This document shows positions 29,954 to 42,919 of a stretch of 64,000 bases of DNA, piece after piece. This DNA is from Octopus vulgaris. Its lineage: Eukaryota. Numbering within the stretch: position 1 is the stretch's first letter; each line of letters starts with the position of its first letter. Made by a program: the position numbers and the translations under genes. The notes beneath the pieces are model-generated. The model worked only from the letters and a program-made list of their open reading frames with translations, searched no databases and had not been told where the DNA came from. The stretch lies in assembly GCA_951406725.2 (NCBI GenBank), contig OX597819.1, forward strand, positions 19,344,001 to 19,408,000, read 5' to 3'.

Positions 29954-30349
29954 ATGTGTATATGTATATGTGTATATATATATATGTGTATATATATATA
30001 TATGTGTGTGTGTATATACATATATATATATATATGTATATATGTATTCGTATATATATGTGTGTATAGGTATATATATTTGTATACATACGCATTAAAA
30101 AGATTGAGGTCAACACTATATATAACGTTTCGTTCGAAGATACTTCAGAGGCTTCATTAGAAAATGTGTATAATGTTTTCGTTGAGGAGAAGCAAGGCTA
30201 GCGAAACAGTGTGAAAGTTAGCCAGCCGCGATAAGAACAAGAGGGTAAAACTATAAATTGTTAGAGATTTTCTGCAGAATGTGGAAGTGATGCTATGCGA
30301 TTGTCGCCCTATTTATCATAATAGCAACAATAACAACAATGATGATGAT

Positions 30350-30749
30350 CTTGAAATTTGAGTGGTGGAGGTCAAGTTGCTTACATCGATACCAGACCGT
30401 AACTGATACTTAGTTAATCGGCCGCCAAAAAATAAAGGGCAATGTGGATCTCGGTGAAACTTGTGCTCAGAAAATAAATACGGACGAAATGGTAAGCGCT
30501 TTGCCCGGTGTGCTAACGATTCGACCAGCTCGCCGCCTTAAAAATAATAATATTCATCCTCTTAGCAATAGACACACGTGGCGTGAAATTTGGGGGACGG
30601 GGGACTAGTCGATTAAATCGATCCCAGTGCTTCACTAATACTTAATTTATCGACCCCGAATGGATGAAAGGCAAAATCGACCTCGCCGGAATTTGGAATT
30701 AGGGCTTAATGACGAACGAAATGCTCGGCGTGCTAAAGATTCTGCCAGT
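30350..30749 (-). mobile_element. Two adjacent degenerate SINE family 2 copies
   Basis: Two heads (GCTAACGATTC..CAGCTCGCCGCC near 30510-30539; GCTAAAGATTCTGCCAG near 30732-30749) with body motifs. Confidence 0.75.
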
Positions 30750-31275
30750 AATAATGGTAACAACAACAGCAAAATTAGTAATGATTTCATTTATTTATGA
30801 TAACGTACTTAATTGCACAATCGGTGATTAAGCAGTGAGGGCCTTGGTCTATTTACTTATAATTAATTACCCTGGGAATGAGAGAAAATATGTTGGAATT
30901 TTTTTACACTAACTGATTTGAAAAATGTAGTTAAAAAACAATTCTTAAAAGCTGACTCTCTATTTGATGCAGAACGCAATACTCTGAAACGCTGGATAAA
31001 GTGTCTTTGGCCCTTGTCTGCGATTTTCCAGATTGCGGGGCGTGGAAAATGGTGGCAGTTTATATAACAGTGTATTGACCTTAGCTGAATACTTTTCTGG
31101 GTTGGATCTTATACGACTTCATTTACTTTTTGCTTATCTCACTCCCTTGACTACAGCCACGCTGGGGCACATATTTGAAGGGATTCCTTGAACACAACGA
31201 CCAAATCCTCTTTTCTTTCTTTGGTTTTGGCACGTAGAAAGTGTGCGTATGTATATATATATATATATATATATA

Positions 31276-31580
31276 GGCGCAGGAGTGGGTGTGTGGTACC
31301 ACCCACATATGTGCTTAACAACCACATGTTTCCGGGTTCAGTCTCACTGCGTGTCACACTGGGCATGTGTCTTCTTCTATAGCCTTGGGCTGACCAAAGC
31401 CTTGTGAGTGAATTTAGTAGACGGAAACTGAAAGAAGCACTTGTATATATGTGCGTGTGTGTGCGTGTGCTTGCTTGTTTGCCTGTGTCTGTTCCGCTTT
31501 GTCCTTTGACAGCCGATGTTGCTGCATTTACGTCCTCGTAACTTAGCGGTTCGGCAAACGAACCGATAGAATAAGCTAAA
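31276..31580 (+). mobile_element. SINE family 1, 3'-truncated
   Basis: GGCGCAGGAGTGG..CCGGGTTCAGTC..AGACGGAAACTGAAAGAAG..CCGATAGAATAAG. Confidence 0.85.
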
Positions 31581-32334
31581 ATACTCCTGTTTGTCTAGAG
31601 AGTCGAAGTACACATTGCTACCTTATCCAGCAAAATATTTAGAAGAACCATTTTGATAGGTCATTCAGGATCTCAAGGTTGTTCCTCATGCGACTGATAC
31701 AGGTTTCGTGTGTCTTAGGTGATCTTCTACGACAGATACAATTTTCGTGCGTCCCAGATGATCCTCTACGTCTTAGAAATCTATAATTCTATACCGAAAG
31801 TATTTAGAAGAACTATTTTGATATATCATTCAGGATCTCAATTTCATGAATATTTGCTCAACCACACCAACAAACAAGATTATAGCCGGATTCGAAATGG
31901 AAGTCGGAATCGACATGTGGTCGTACATTCTACGATGTCCTAAATTCAAGATGAAATTTCCTTCTGTCCAAAATGCGACGGTTCTTTTAGATTTTGTTGT
32001 TCTGTAGCTCCATTTGATCATTTTGTCATTTCAATTGTTCTATAAGATATGGCGAAAGCTTGACTATTCTCTCTCACACGATGAGTTATCTAATTGAAAC
32101 GCCAATTTCATAAACTTCTGTTGATAGTATTAGAGTCTGCCGTATTGGTGACTACTTTAGTTTAAATCTTTGGTTAGACTATCAATACTTGTGCGATTGT
32201 TAGCTTGTAACATAAATTATTATTGGTATAAATCTCTACAGTTTGATCTTCGAGTGTATTTAGTATTGGCCTCTATCCTTGTTAAAATTAGGGAGTAAAC
32301 TACTTTGTTGTTGTTGTTGTTCTTCTTCTTCTTA

Positions 32335-32408
<74 letters not shown>

Positions 32409-32514
32409 ATTAGTAGTAGTAGTAGTAGTAGTAGTAGTATTGTTATTATTAGTATTATTATTGTTGTTGTTGTTGTTGTTGTTATTATTATTATTATTAT
32501 CATCATCATCATCA

Positions 32515-33126
32515 TTGCCTTTGCACAGCTTCTAACGCTGTCGATGTACTACAGTATCAGCTGTTCACTATCAGTGAACTAAGGTGACGTCTCTTATTTT
32601 CGAGCACCTTCCGGAGTATTCGAGCGGTTCCAATAAGTGCTGTTTTCTGCAAGTGCTCCACCCTTATTGCAGCTCCTACTTTTTTTCCACGTACCTCTCG
32701 AGATTTTTTGTCCTTCTTCCCAGGGCTCCGACAATTATTGCTACTACTGCTACCTTTTTCATCGACCACAACTGCTTAACTTCCCAAGCTAACCTGTCAT
32801 ATCTCCCGACTTTTCTTTCTTCTTTATCGCATACCTTGTTGTCAACTGGGCATGCTATATCTATGATCCAGCATAGTTAATTTTCTTTCTCAATTAAGAC
32901 TATGTCCGGCCTCCTATTCTCAATCACATGGTCGCACTGAATCATAAAATCCCATACGATCTTTGCATTTCCATTTTCAACGGTGCCTTCGGGTTTATGG
33001 TCGTATCAAATTTTTTCTCTGTCAAGTCCATATTTGTTGCGACGTGTCCACCGGACAAGACTGGCTATATTGTCGTGGCGCCTCTTATTTTCCTTCTGGA
33101 CTAGTGGCGTACATTGGCTGGTAATA
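32515..33126 (-). mobile_element. 5'-truncated R4/Dong-like non-LTR retrotransposon (restriction-like endonuclease C-terminus), decayed
   Basis: Minus translation ITSQCTPLVQKENKRRHDNIASLVRW..KYGL..*YDHKPEGTVENGNAKIVWDFMIQCDHVIENRRPDIVLIEKEN*LCWIIDIACPVD..AIIVGALG..HLQKTALIGTARILRKVLE. RHD and RRPDIV..IDIACP are restriction-like endonuclease hallmarks; stops and a frameshift are present. Confidence 0.85.
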
Positions 33127-33171
33127 TTATTATTATTATTATTATTTTTATTAATATTAATAGTATTAAAC

Positions 33172-33655
33172 ATTATATAGGACTGAAGTAACTCCTACAG
33201 AAGTTATAGAGAAATAAATCGAAGAGTGCCATATTTGTCAAATGAAATTGGTTGAACGATATTTCGGCATGGAGGAGTTACCTCATTCCTATATAATATT
33301 AAAAAATAAAATGATGTAGACTGGCATGTAAGTTTTGACCCTGTGGAAAGCACACTAGATGCCGAAAAATCGTTCAACCAATTTCACATGATAACCATGA
33401 CACTCTTCTGTTTATTTCTCTGTAAATTCTTGAGGAGTAACCTCAGTCGTATATAATCTCAAAAAAAAAAAAACCCCAAAAAAGTAGACTGACATGACAT
33501 GTAATTTCTGAATCAGTCGAAGATAAGCTAGATGCCGAAAAATCGCTCAACCAATTTCGCATGATAACTATGGCACCCTTATGTTTATTTCTCTATCACC
33601 TCTGGAGGAGTTACCTCATTCCTTTATAATCTTAAAAGAAACAAGTTAGACAGAT
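33172..33655. repeat. Inverted arm followed by ~2.3 tandem ~165-bp units with a degenerate hammerhead-like core
   Basis: 33172-33270 is the reverse complement of ATGCCGAAA.ATCG.TCAACCAATTTC..GGAGTTAC.TCA.TCCTATATAAT. GAGGAGT units start near 33271, 33432 and 33604. Confidence 0.7.
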
Positions 33656-33772
33656 CAATATATGAAGTATATTAAATACATGAAATACAAAATATGCATA
33701 TGTGCATACATTTAAAAAGGGCTAACTTACACAGAATACAAATGATATAAAGAATTTGAGGGGTTGCTGAAA

Positions 33773-34110
33773 AGTATTACTAATCTAACAGCCGTTTCTG
33801 GGGGTTCCGTGATCCAAAATAATGTACGCAGAATGATTCCATCATAAGATGAGACGAGCCTCCATCTTCAGGAAAGCGATCTTACTTTTAAGGTATTGAA
33901 GGAAAGAATTCCAAAGATAATGATTCCGTCTTTGATCTTCTGTCAATGAGAGAAAGGTGATTCCACCATTGAACCTGTTACCTTTAACACCTCAAATGTA
34001 AGATCTCTTCTTTGCAGATGGAGGTTCGTCTTATCCTGCTATGGGATCAATCTACAAACATTATCTTTGACCACCGAGCCCCGAGTAACAGCTGTTGGAA
34101 TTGAAATACT
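33773..34110. mobile_element. Old MITE/fold-back element with ~130-bp imperfect inverted arms
   Basis: Left ..ATAAGATGAGACGAGCCTCCATCTTCAGGAAAGCGATCTTAC pairs with right GTAAGATCTCTTCTTTGCAGATGGAGGTTCGTCTTATC. Confidence 0.7.
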
Positions 34111-34932
34111 TGTCTTCGACCTTCGAATTCATCCTCTGTATCATTTGTATTCTGTGTAACACAGACCTTTTTCTGTGTAAACATTCATACGTTTTTTTTG
34201 TATTTTATGTAACTAATATACTTTATATATTGATCTGCCTAATTTGCTTGTGCCTACGTTGGCTTCGATACCCGATAAGTTTAAATCTCTTCAACACTAA
34301 TAAATGTATTCTATGCGGGGAATATCTGACTCTCACCCATGCACTATGTGTGTGTATGTGTGCGTTTGAGCGTGTGTGATCGTTCTGCACCACCGCTTAA
34401 GCCACGATTCCTTGAATTCATAAGTTACACTACAAATTCGAATGTCTGTATATATATATATATAGCAACGTATGTATGTATTCTTATATATAACAAAAAG
34501 TTATAACAAAAAGTTAGTGAATATTTAAAATGTTTACAGTTGGATAGATAGAGAAATAATAAAATAATTTGATAAAAAATGTGAATTTTTTATTATTTTC
34601 TGAGATTTTACAAAAACAACAAAAATATTTTTTAATTACATATATATATATATATATAGCAACGTATGTATGTATTCTTAAATAAAGTCCTATTCAACAC
34701 GCTCGAGTGCATTCGAATGTGAGAAGACCTTCTGCTGCGGAAATAATACCGGAAGATTGTTCTGCACTCAAGTGTGTGTGAAGACGCCAGATAGGGGAGA
34801 ATACTGACATTGGATTTTAGGAAGCATGCGATTCTGTATGATTTCATGTTTTGGGATCATTTTATTCCCTAAATCCTTCAAAGCCATCATCCATTATGTG
34901 TGCAACGCAATGATTATACCACCCTAGAGAAA

Positions 34933-35364
34933 GGCGGCGAGCTAGCAGAATCATTAGCACGCCGGGCGAAATCTTTAGCGGTATTTCGTCTGCCGTTACG
35001 TCCCGAGTTCAAATTCTGCCGAGGTCGACTTTGCCTTTCATCCTTCCGGCGTCGATAAATAAAGTACCAGTTTCGCACTAAGGTCGATATAATCGACTTA
35101 ATCCGTTTGTCTGTCCTTGTTTGTCCTTTCAGTGTGAACCTCTTGTGTTTACCCCTTGTGGGTGGTAAAGAAATAGGTATCTCGTCTGCCGTTGCGTTCT
35201 GAGCTCAAATTCCACCGAGGTCGACTTTGCCTTTCGCACTTTCGGAGTCGATAAAGTAAGTACCGGTTACGCAGTGGGATTCGATGCAATCGACTTAATC
35301 CCTTTGTCTGTCCTTGTTTGTCCTCTCTATGTTTAACCCCTTGCGGTGATAAATAAATATATAT
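34933..35364 (+). mobile_element. SINE family 2 with two tandem body units, flanked by a 13-bp TSD
   Basis: TSD CACCCTAGAGAAA at 34920-34932 and 35365-35377. Head GGCGGCGAGCTAGCAGAATC; two GAGGTCGACTTTGCCTTTC units. Confidence 0.9.
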
Positions 35365-36029
35365 CACCCTAGAGAAAAACATGCTGAATGATTTATGTCT
35401 GGGTTTTCTAAATACAAAAACATGTTGGTGTGTTCACCGAAGGATTGCCCGTGTTCAGATCCTGAACTAGACAACAGATCCTTTCTTTGTTTTGATTTTA
35501 TCTTTTTTTCCGAAGATGTACCGTGTGTCAGCTACATCACATGAGGAATCGAAACAAAACGTTAGCAAAGATACATGTAGACAACACGAAAATAAACAAC
35601 TGAGGTCTGCATTTAAAATAGTGATATTCAATACAACGAATTCAGATATGGATTTAGACGACGCTTAAAATATTTGATTAAAGTTATCTGTATGTTATCA
35701 GCTAGCGTTTTCTCAGGAAAACAATGTAAGTTAATTACCTCTTGCAAGTGGCTTGCACAAAATGCATTCATTGGATCAATCACAATTACAGAGATAGTTA
35801 ATGAGCAGAAATTTTATAAAATAAATAGATTTTTCAAAAATCAAAAACACACGCCATTTTGTAATGAACGGAAATTCGGATTTTCTGCATGTGTGTGCAA
35901 TGAAACAGGTTGTGTATTGTAAATCACGCAGAGATCTGTTATAATCGTAATTTGCATATGGAAGTCAATCGGCGCCAGCGGTAATGAGTATAATGTGTTT
36001 GATTAAGTGTACATCCGTGCATGTACGAA

Positions 36030-36121
<92 letters not shown>

Positions 36122-36253
36122 TATATAGATATATATATAAATTCTGTATATATATGTATGTATATATGGGCATGCATATATATAAATATAAATTCTATAT
36201 ATATATGTATGTATGTATATATATATGTATGTATATATATATAAGTATATATT

Positions 36254-36287
<34 letters not shown>

Positions 36288-36298
36288 GTGTGTATGTA

Positions 36299-36333
<35 letters not shown>

Positions 36334-36355
36334 GTATGTATATATAGTGTGTATG

Positions 36356-36395
<40 letters not shown>

Positions 36396-36684
36396 GTATG
36401 AATGTATATAGTAATAAATGTTTGTAGGCGTGTGCGTGTGTTTAAATATGTTCATGCGTTATAAATATATCTGAGATCTCACGAAGTTCGATAATTCGTT
36501 CTACAATAGATATAAAAGTTTCACATAAGCTGCTTCTTTGCATCATTCACTCCTTCGTTTTTATTTTATTCGTGTTTAATTACAGTTATATATATATATG
36601 TGTGTGTGTGTGTGTATGTGTGTGTGTGTATCTGTATGTATCTATCTCACTATCTCTCTCTCTCTCTCTCTATCTATCTAGCTA

Positions 36685-36814
<130 letters not shown>

Positions 36815-37314
36815 ATTGTTTGCACATTTATTATATATTACACGCATATATTTATAATTCTCTTTAGAATTAAGGATAAGATCAATTTAATGATTTTATC
36901 AAGTGGTCAGCGTAAAATGAAAAAAGAGACTCGTAGGTAATTTTGTATATACTATACATTTCTGAGTCAATAAGCTACCAGTCAAATACTGAGGGTGATT
37001 TTATGCACTGAGACTCTCATCTTTAAGAAAATGTCAGGCGTGGCTTTCTGGAAGTTTCCTTCCCAACCACATGGCTGCGGGTTCAGTCCCACTAGGAGGC
37101 AGTTCCTGCTAGTACTTTCTACTTAAGCAGCGGGCTAACAAACAGATTTTTTGAGTTTGTTTGTAGGGCAAAAACAGAAATATTTTGCTCTATTATATAA
37201 AGTGGCCAACTGGCCGAATCACTAAAGTCTCAGAGAAAATGCGTTGAAACGGTATTCCTTCTGGGGCTTTATATTCGAAGCTCGAATCCTGCTGGCATCA
37301 ACTTCGCTTGATAG

Positions 37315-37670
37315 GAGCAGGTGTGGCTGTGTGGGAAGAAGCTCGCTTCCTAACCTCATGATTCCGAGTACAGTCCTACTGCATGGTAGTTTGCTCAAGC
37401 GTTTTCTTCTCGATCAAAGTCATGTGAGTGGATTTTGTAGATGGAAACTGAAAGAAGCCCGTCGTAAAAGTGTGTGTGTGTTTATATCCCAACATCATTT
37501 GACAGCTGATGTTGGTGTGTTTACGTTCCCGTAACTTAGCATTTTGGCAAAAGAGACCGATAGAATAAGTACAAGGCTTACAAAGAATATGTGTTTGGGT
37601 CGATTTATTCGACCAAAGGCGGTGCACCAGCATGGGCGCAGTCAGATGGCTGAAACAAGTAAAAGGATAT
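37315..37670 (+). mobile_element. SINE family 1, diverged copy
   Basis: Head GCAGGTGTGGCTGTGTGG and tail GGCGGTGCACCAGCATGGGCGCAGTCAGATGGCTGAAAC. Confidence 0.85.
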
Positions 37671-37701
37671 AAATGAAATTCTCTCCGCGTCTGTCTCTGT
37701 G

Positions 37702-37732
<31 letters not shown>

Positions 37733-38255
37733 GGAGAAAACGACCCGGAATGTCTCTATGGACGGTATGAGCGAATAGGCACTCAATGCCAGCGATGAGT
37801 GTCACGACTCCGTATCCACCCCGGAGGAAAGTCGCCTTCGCCACAGCATGCCTGAACAGTATGCGGCGATTTATATATATATATATATATATATAGGGAG
37901 AATTCACAAAAGACGAAGACAGGTGGTGTAGACAACAAACAGGTGGAAAGTGAAAAAGCCTTTAACATTTCGAGCCTACGCTCTTCCACAGTAAGAAACA
38001 AGGAGAGAAAATAAAGAATACGTAGTGACTAGTGATCAATCTATCTGTCTATCTATTTGACATGTCTAGTTTGCTTATCCCCCTAAATTGCTTCCATACT
38101 CGCGCAACCTGATTCTTTTATAGCCTTTCTTTACCTTGTGCAATGATCCCCTGCAAGACATAAGAGTATATGATTGAACATTTTTGACCACTCCTAAGTG
38201 TCTTCTTTAGATATATGTGGATCTCATCTACGGAATACATATACATACATGTATA

Positions 38256-38343
<88 letters not shown>

Positions 38344-38803
38344 GTTGAAATTTAAAGCAAAGCAACGAATTAGTTTAACTGCTCAGGTAGGCGAGAAAAT
38401 ATTTCGCGTTTCGAGCCTACGCTCTTCAACAGAAAGAACAGGAGAAAATATACGAAGAGAGAATGAAAAAAAAAATCTCATATATATGTAATTTGTTAAT
38501 CCACCACTTCGCATAAAAAAGAAACGAAGAAAAATACAAGATAAAAAAACAATTTAAGGACTTGGTACATGCAAATGATTAAAAGACGCTGAGGGAAGGA
38601 AAGAAAGGTTGTTTAAAGTTTCGAGCAAAGCTCTTCTTCAGAAACAGGAGACAGAGAATTGTCGAAGACAAAAAGACGACGGACGTAACCAAAAAATCGC
38701 CAACGATCCACGTGTGGTTACATTATGAAATGACCGGAGCGGAATGGATGAAGAAAAATGTCCTTCTAATACAGGAGAATGTAAGAGGGGGTATCGATGT
38801 GTA

Positions 38804-39973
38804 CAGTGGTTGGACAAAATAACGGAAACACCTAACATCATAGCATCATAATTTTGAAATATCTATAAAACTGTCAACAGCTTGATTATTATTGATTTTT
38901 GATTTCTTATTAGTGTTGCTTAATATGTTTTGCTAAAATTGCTGTTTCTCTTCAGAAGTCATCATAAAAAGGTAATTAAAATTCATTAAAATGTATGATG
39001 CATCAGACCTTCAAAGAGGTCAAATTGTTGGTGCTCGTTCGCTAACGTAACGAAAACAGTACTCCTTTATATACCAAACATTTTGGCTGTTTCGAAAGTA
39101 ATGACAGTATTTGAGAAAGAGAGAAAAAAAAACCTCTTCGTCGAAACAACACTCCAGAAGAAAACCAAATATTTCATGTAGGGACCTTTGGAATCTTATG
39201 CGATTAGTTAGGAAGGATCATAAAAGAACAGCTCCCAAAATTACTGCAGAGCTTAATAACCACCTCGAGAACCCAGTTTCCACAAAAGCTGTTCACCAAG
39301 AGCTGCACCAAGCCATATTTCACAGGAGGGCTGCAATCAGAAGAACCACTACTTTCAAAAACAAACATTTCAAAGTGTTCGGAGTGAAGTAAGAACCTAC
39401 AGAATTGGTCGCTAGAGCAGTGGAAGAATGTTATTTTCTCGGACTAGTCATCCTTTACATTATTTCTGACCACCGGCTTAGTATACATTTGGAGAATGCC
39501 GAAAGAAGCATTTGATCGAGACTGCCTTCTTCCAAATGTTAAACATGGAGGAAGATCTGTGATGATCTTGGGTTTTATAACGTGAAAATCCGCCCGTCCA
39601 ATGGTTTCCCTTCATGGCAGAATTGATAGTCAAGACTATTTAAGCATCTTGTCTGATGAAATTCATCCTTTGGTTGCGGAACTGTTTCCGGAGGGAAACG
39701 CAATCATTAAGAATGATAATGCGCCAATTCACAGAGCTAAAGTTGTTACTGAATGGCACGAGGAACATTCTAGTGAAATTGAACGTCTCATCAGGCCTCC
39801 ACAGTCCCCAGATCTCAATGTTACTGAACATTTATGTTGCAACAATTCAAGTTTTGTACGTGTCTCTACCTCGTAGAATCAAAGCTGTAATTTCAGCCAA
39901 ATGCGGTCCTACCCCATATTAAAATATATTTCCTTGAAATCTTAAGGTGTTTCCATTATTTTGTGCAACCCAG
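38804..39973 (+). mobile_element. Tc1-family DNA transposon, decayed
   Basis: TIRs CAGTGGTTGGACAAAATAACGGAAACACCT and AGGTGTTTCCATTATTTTGTGCAACCCAG, with TA dinucleotides at 38802-38803 and 39974-39975. Confidence 0.92.
38991..39922 (+). pseudogene. Tc1-like DD34E transposase pseudogene
   Basis: MYDASDLQRGQIVGAR..RTAPKITAELN..WKNVIFSD*SSF..PNVKHGGRSVMI..NDNAPIH..PPQSPDLNVTEHL..LPRRIKAVISAKCGPTPY, broken by stops and frameshifts. Confidence 0.9.
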
Positions 39974-40028
39974 TATATGTGGGTATATGCGAGCGCGCGA
40001 GTATGTGTGTGTGTGTATACATACTTAT

Positions 40029-40138
<110 letters not shown>

Positions 40139-40728
40139 GTGTGTGAGTGTGAGAATGAATTTATGCACATATGCATGACTGTATATTATAAGTGGTTACC
40201 CTCGCCCCCGCTGCTCAAATCTGATGTTCGCTTGTTTATTTCCCCGTAAAGAAGGGGATCGTCAAAAATGTAAATCCGATCGAGCCCCAGGCTTCGTATG
40301 AAAGAATGAATTCTGGGGCCAATTCGTCCGACTGAAACCCTTCAAGGCGGTACCCTAGCATGGCCGCAGTCTTATAAATTAAACAATAAAAAACTAAAAA
40401 AAAAAAATAACAATACTTTGTATACCATTACTTTGTTGCTGTTGTTGTTCACCTCAAGATCATCGCTCATTGAACAAACCAACAAAGTTATTCCATCCAT
40501 GGCTATCCTTTAGTAATTTTAATTCTGCGTAAATTAATCTCCAAATTCTATTCTCTTATACGTCCTTCCGTCTCTTTACTTCAGACACAAGGACATGCTA
40601 TTTCTAGCAGGTCAAGTGACCACCTAGCGACTCCTGCAAGTGACTGTTGCAGTATTAATAACAGCAGCAGGAACAGCATCAGCAGCATCAGCAGCATCAG
40701 CAGTAGTAGTAGTAGTAGCAGCAGCAGC

Positions 40729-40773
<45 letters not shown>

Positions 40774-41089
40774 CTACTATCTCTAAGAGACACCAAGCAA
40801 AGTTCCCCCTTCCTTCTCCTCCTCCTCCTTCCCCGCCGCCTCCACGCAGTCCAGGTTTCCCTAAACCTTAGCAACTGCATTCCTGACATTCCATTTCGTT
40901 CTGCTGCCCCTCCTTCTCTTTCCTTCTCCTTCGCCCTGCTCTCCTCCTCCTTCTTCGTCTTCTTTTTATCTCTTTCAACAATATACTTTCTATCAGTCAC
41001 CTCATTCACCCACACACTTTCACTTTGCCTCCCATTCACTCTCTCACACTTCCCCCCTTAGTCTGCAACTAATTTACTCGCTCCCTCTA

Positions 41090-41915
41090 CTCACTCTCTC
41101 TTCCACATACGCTATCTCTCTCTCTGTCTCTCCCTCTCTCTCTCTTTCCTTGTCCCTTACGCAAACTTTTCTCCACTCTTTCTTTATTCTTCTGCAATCA
41201 CATAAAAATCACACGCTATCACTCACACACCTCCCTCCCTCTCCCCCCTCTCTCTCGCTTTCTTTCATTATCTCTCTCTTTCTCTTTCTCCCTTTCTCCC
41301 TCTTTCTCTCTCTTTCTCTCCATCTCTCTTTCTCTCCATCTCTCTTTCTCTCATTCTCTCTATCTCCCTCTCCCTCTCCCTCTCTCTCCCTCTCTCTCCC
41401 TCTCTCGTTTCCTCTATATTTTCTCCCTTTCTCCCTCTTTCTCTTTCTCTCTTTTTCTTTCTTTCTATTCCTCTTTCTATTCATCTCTCCCCCTCTCTCT
41501 TTCTCCCCCTTCTTTCTCCCTCTCCCCTCTCTCTTTCTCCCTCCTCTCTTTATCTCTCTCTCCTCTCTCTTTCTCTCCCCCCTCTTTCTCCCTCCCCTCT
41601 CTTTTCTCTCCCTGTCTCTTTCTCTCTCCCTGTCTCTTTCTCTCTCTCCTCTCGCTCTCTTTCTCTCTCTCCTCTCGCTCTCTTTCTCTCTCTCCTCTCG
41701 CTCTCTTTCTCTCTCTCCTCTCCCTTTTCTCTCTCTTTTTCTCTCTCTCTCTTTCTCCTCCCTCTCTATTTCTTTCTCACTCCCTTTCTCTTACTCTTTC
41801 TCACCCCTCTCTCTTTCACTCTCTCTCATTCTCTCGCTCTCATTTTCTATCTCCGCTCTCTCTTTCTTTCTCTTTCTCTCTGTTCCCCTCTGTCTCTCTC
41901 CCTCTATCTCTCCCT
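41090..41915. repeat. ~800-bp (CT)-rich polypyrimidine tract
   Basis: Direct reading of the sequence. Confidence 0.95.
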
Positions 41916-41977
41916 TACCATAATTTTATTCCTTTCTCCTTCTCACTTATTCTCAATACTTCACAATGAAAAAGACC

Positions 41978-42567
41978 ATGAGCTGACAGAATCGTTAGCG
42001 TGCCGGACAAAATATTTAGTAACATTTCATCCGTCAACACGATCTTAATTCAAATTCCGTCCAGGTCTGACCTTGCCTTTCATCCTTTCGAGTTCGATAA
42101 AAAAAAGAACCAGTTGCGTACTGGGATTCGATGTAATCGGCTGAACCTCAAGTCCTAAATTGCTCATATCCTCCTCCCCTAGAATCTTTCATTCGCTCTT
42201 TCTTCCTCTTCATTCTCCCCTCTTGTTTCTCTTCCTCTCATTTTTCTTTATGTTTTGTATATAAAATTTATTTTTTTTATATGTTTTATATTCACTGTTC
42301 ATTTATTTGAAATTGTTTAAAATGGCTGCGGTTCGAAGTTGATTAAACTGCAAGGGATCATTTCCTCTCTAGGCACGAGGCCTGACACTTTGTGAGTAGG
42401 TGTAAGTAGATTACATCAACCCCAGTATTCAACTGGTATTCTATCGATTCCGAAGCATGGTAGTCAAAGTCGACCATGGAGGAATTTGAACTCAGAACAT
42501 AAAGACGGACGAAACTCCGCTAGATATTTTGTCCGGAGTGTTAGCGTTTCTGCTGATTCACCGCCCT
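41978..42567. mobile_element. Two degenerate SINE family 2 copies in opposite orientation (41978-42170 +, 42362-42567 -)
   Basis: GAGCTGACAGAATCGTTAGC..CTTGCCTTTCATCCTTTCG; GAATTTGAACTCAGAAC..CCGCCC. Confidence 0.75.
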
Positions 42568-42598
42568 TAAGAAAAGTTTTAATTGATAAAGTGTACGG

Positions 42599-42919
42599 TA
42601 AAGGTTAAAGAACCCGTTCGGTCATTAATCACCGTGGGATTACATATAGAATGCTCCCCTCCGAGGCACTAGTCTGGGCAAGGTTGTTTATGGAAGACCA
42701 GGAGTCGCCCATACATACCGGCCTCCTCTCTTCACACCACTGATGATACCCAAAGGGGTCGATACAGCTTGGCACCAGTGACATTGCAACTCATTTCTAC
42801 AGCTGAATGAACTGGAACAACATGAAATGAAGTGTCTTGCTCAAGGGCACCACACACAACCCGGTCTGGGAATCGAACTCACTACCTGATGATTGTAAAC
42901 CCGACGTTCTAACCACTGA
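42599..42919 (-). mobile_element. SINE family 4 (tRNA head plus CORE-like domain)
   Basis: Minus strand TCAGTGGTTAGAACG..GAGTTCGATTCCC..GCCCTTGAGCAAGACACTTCATTTC..CAGCTGTAGAAATGAG. Confidence 0.85.
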
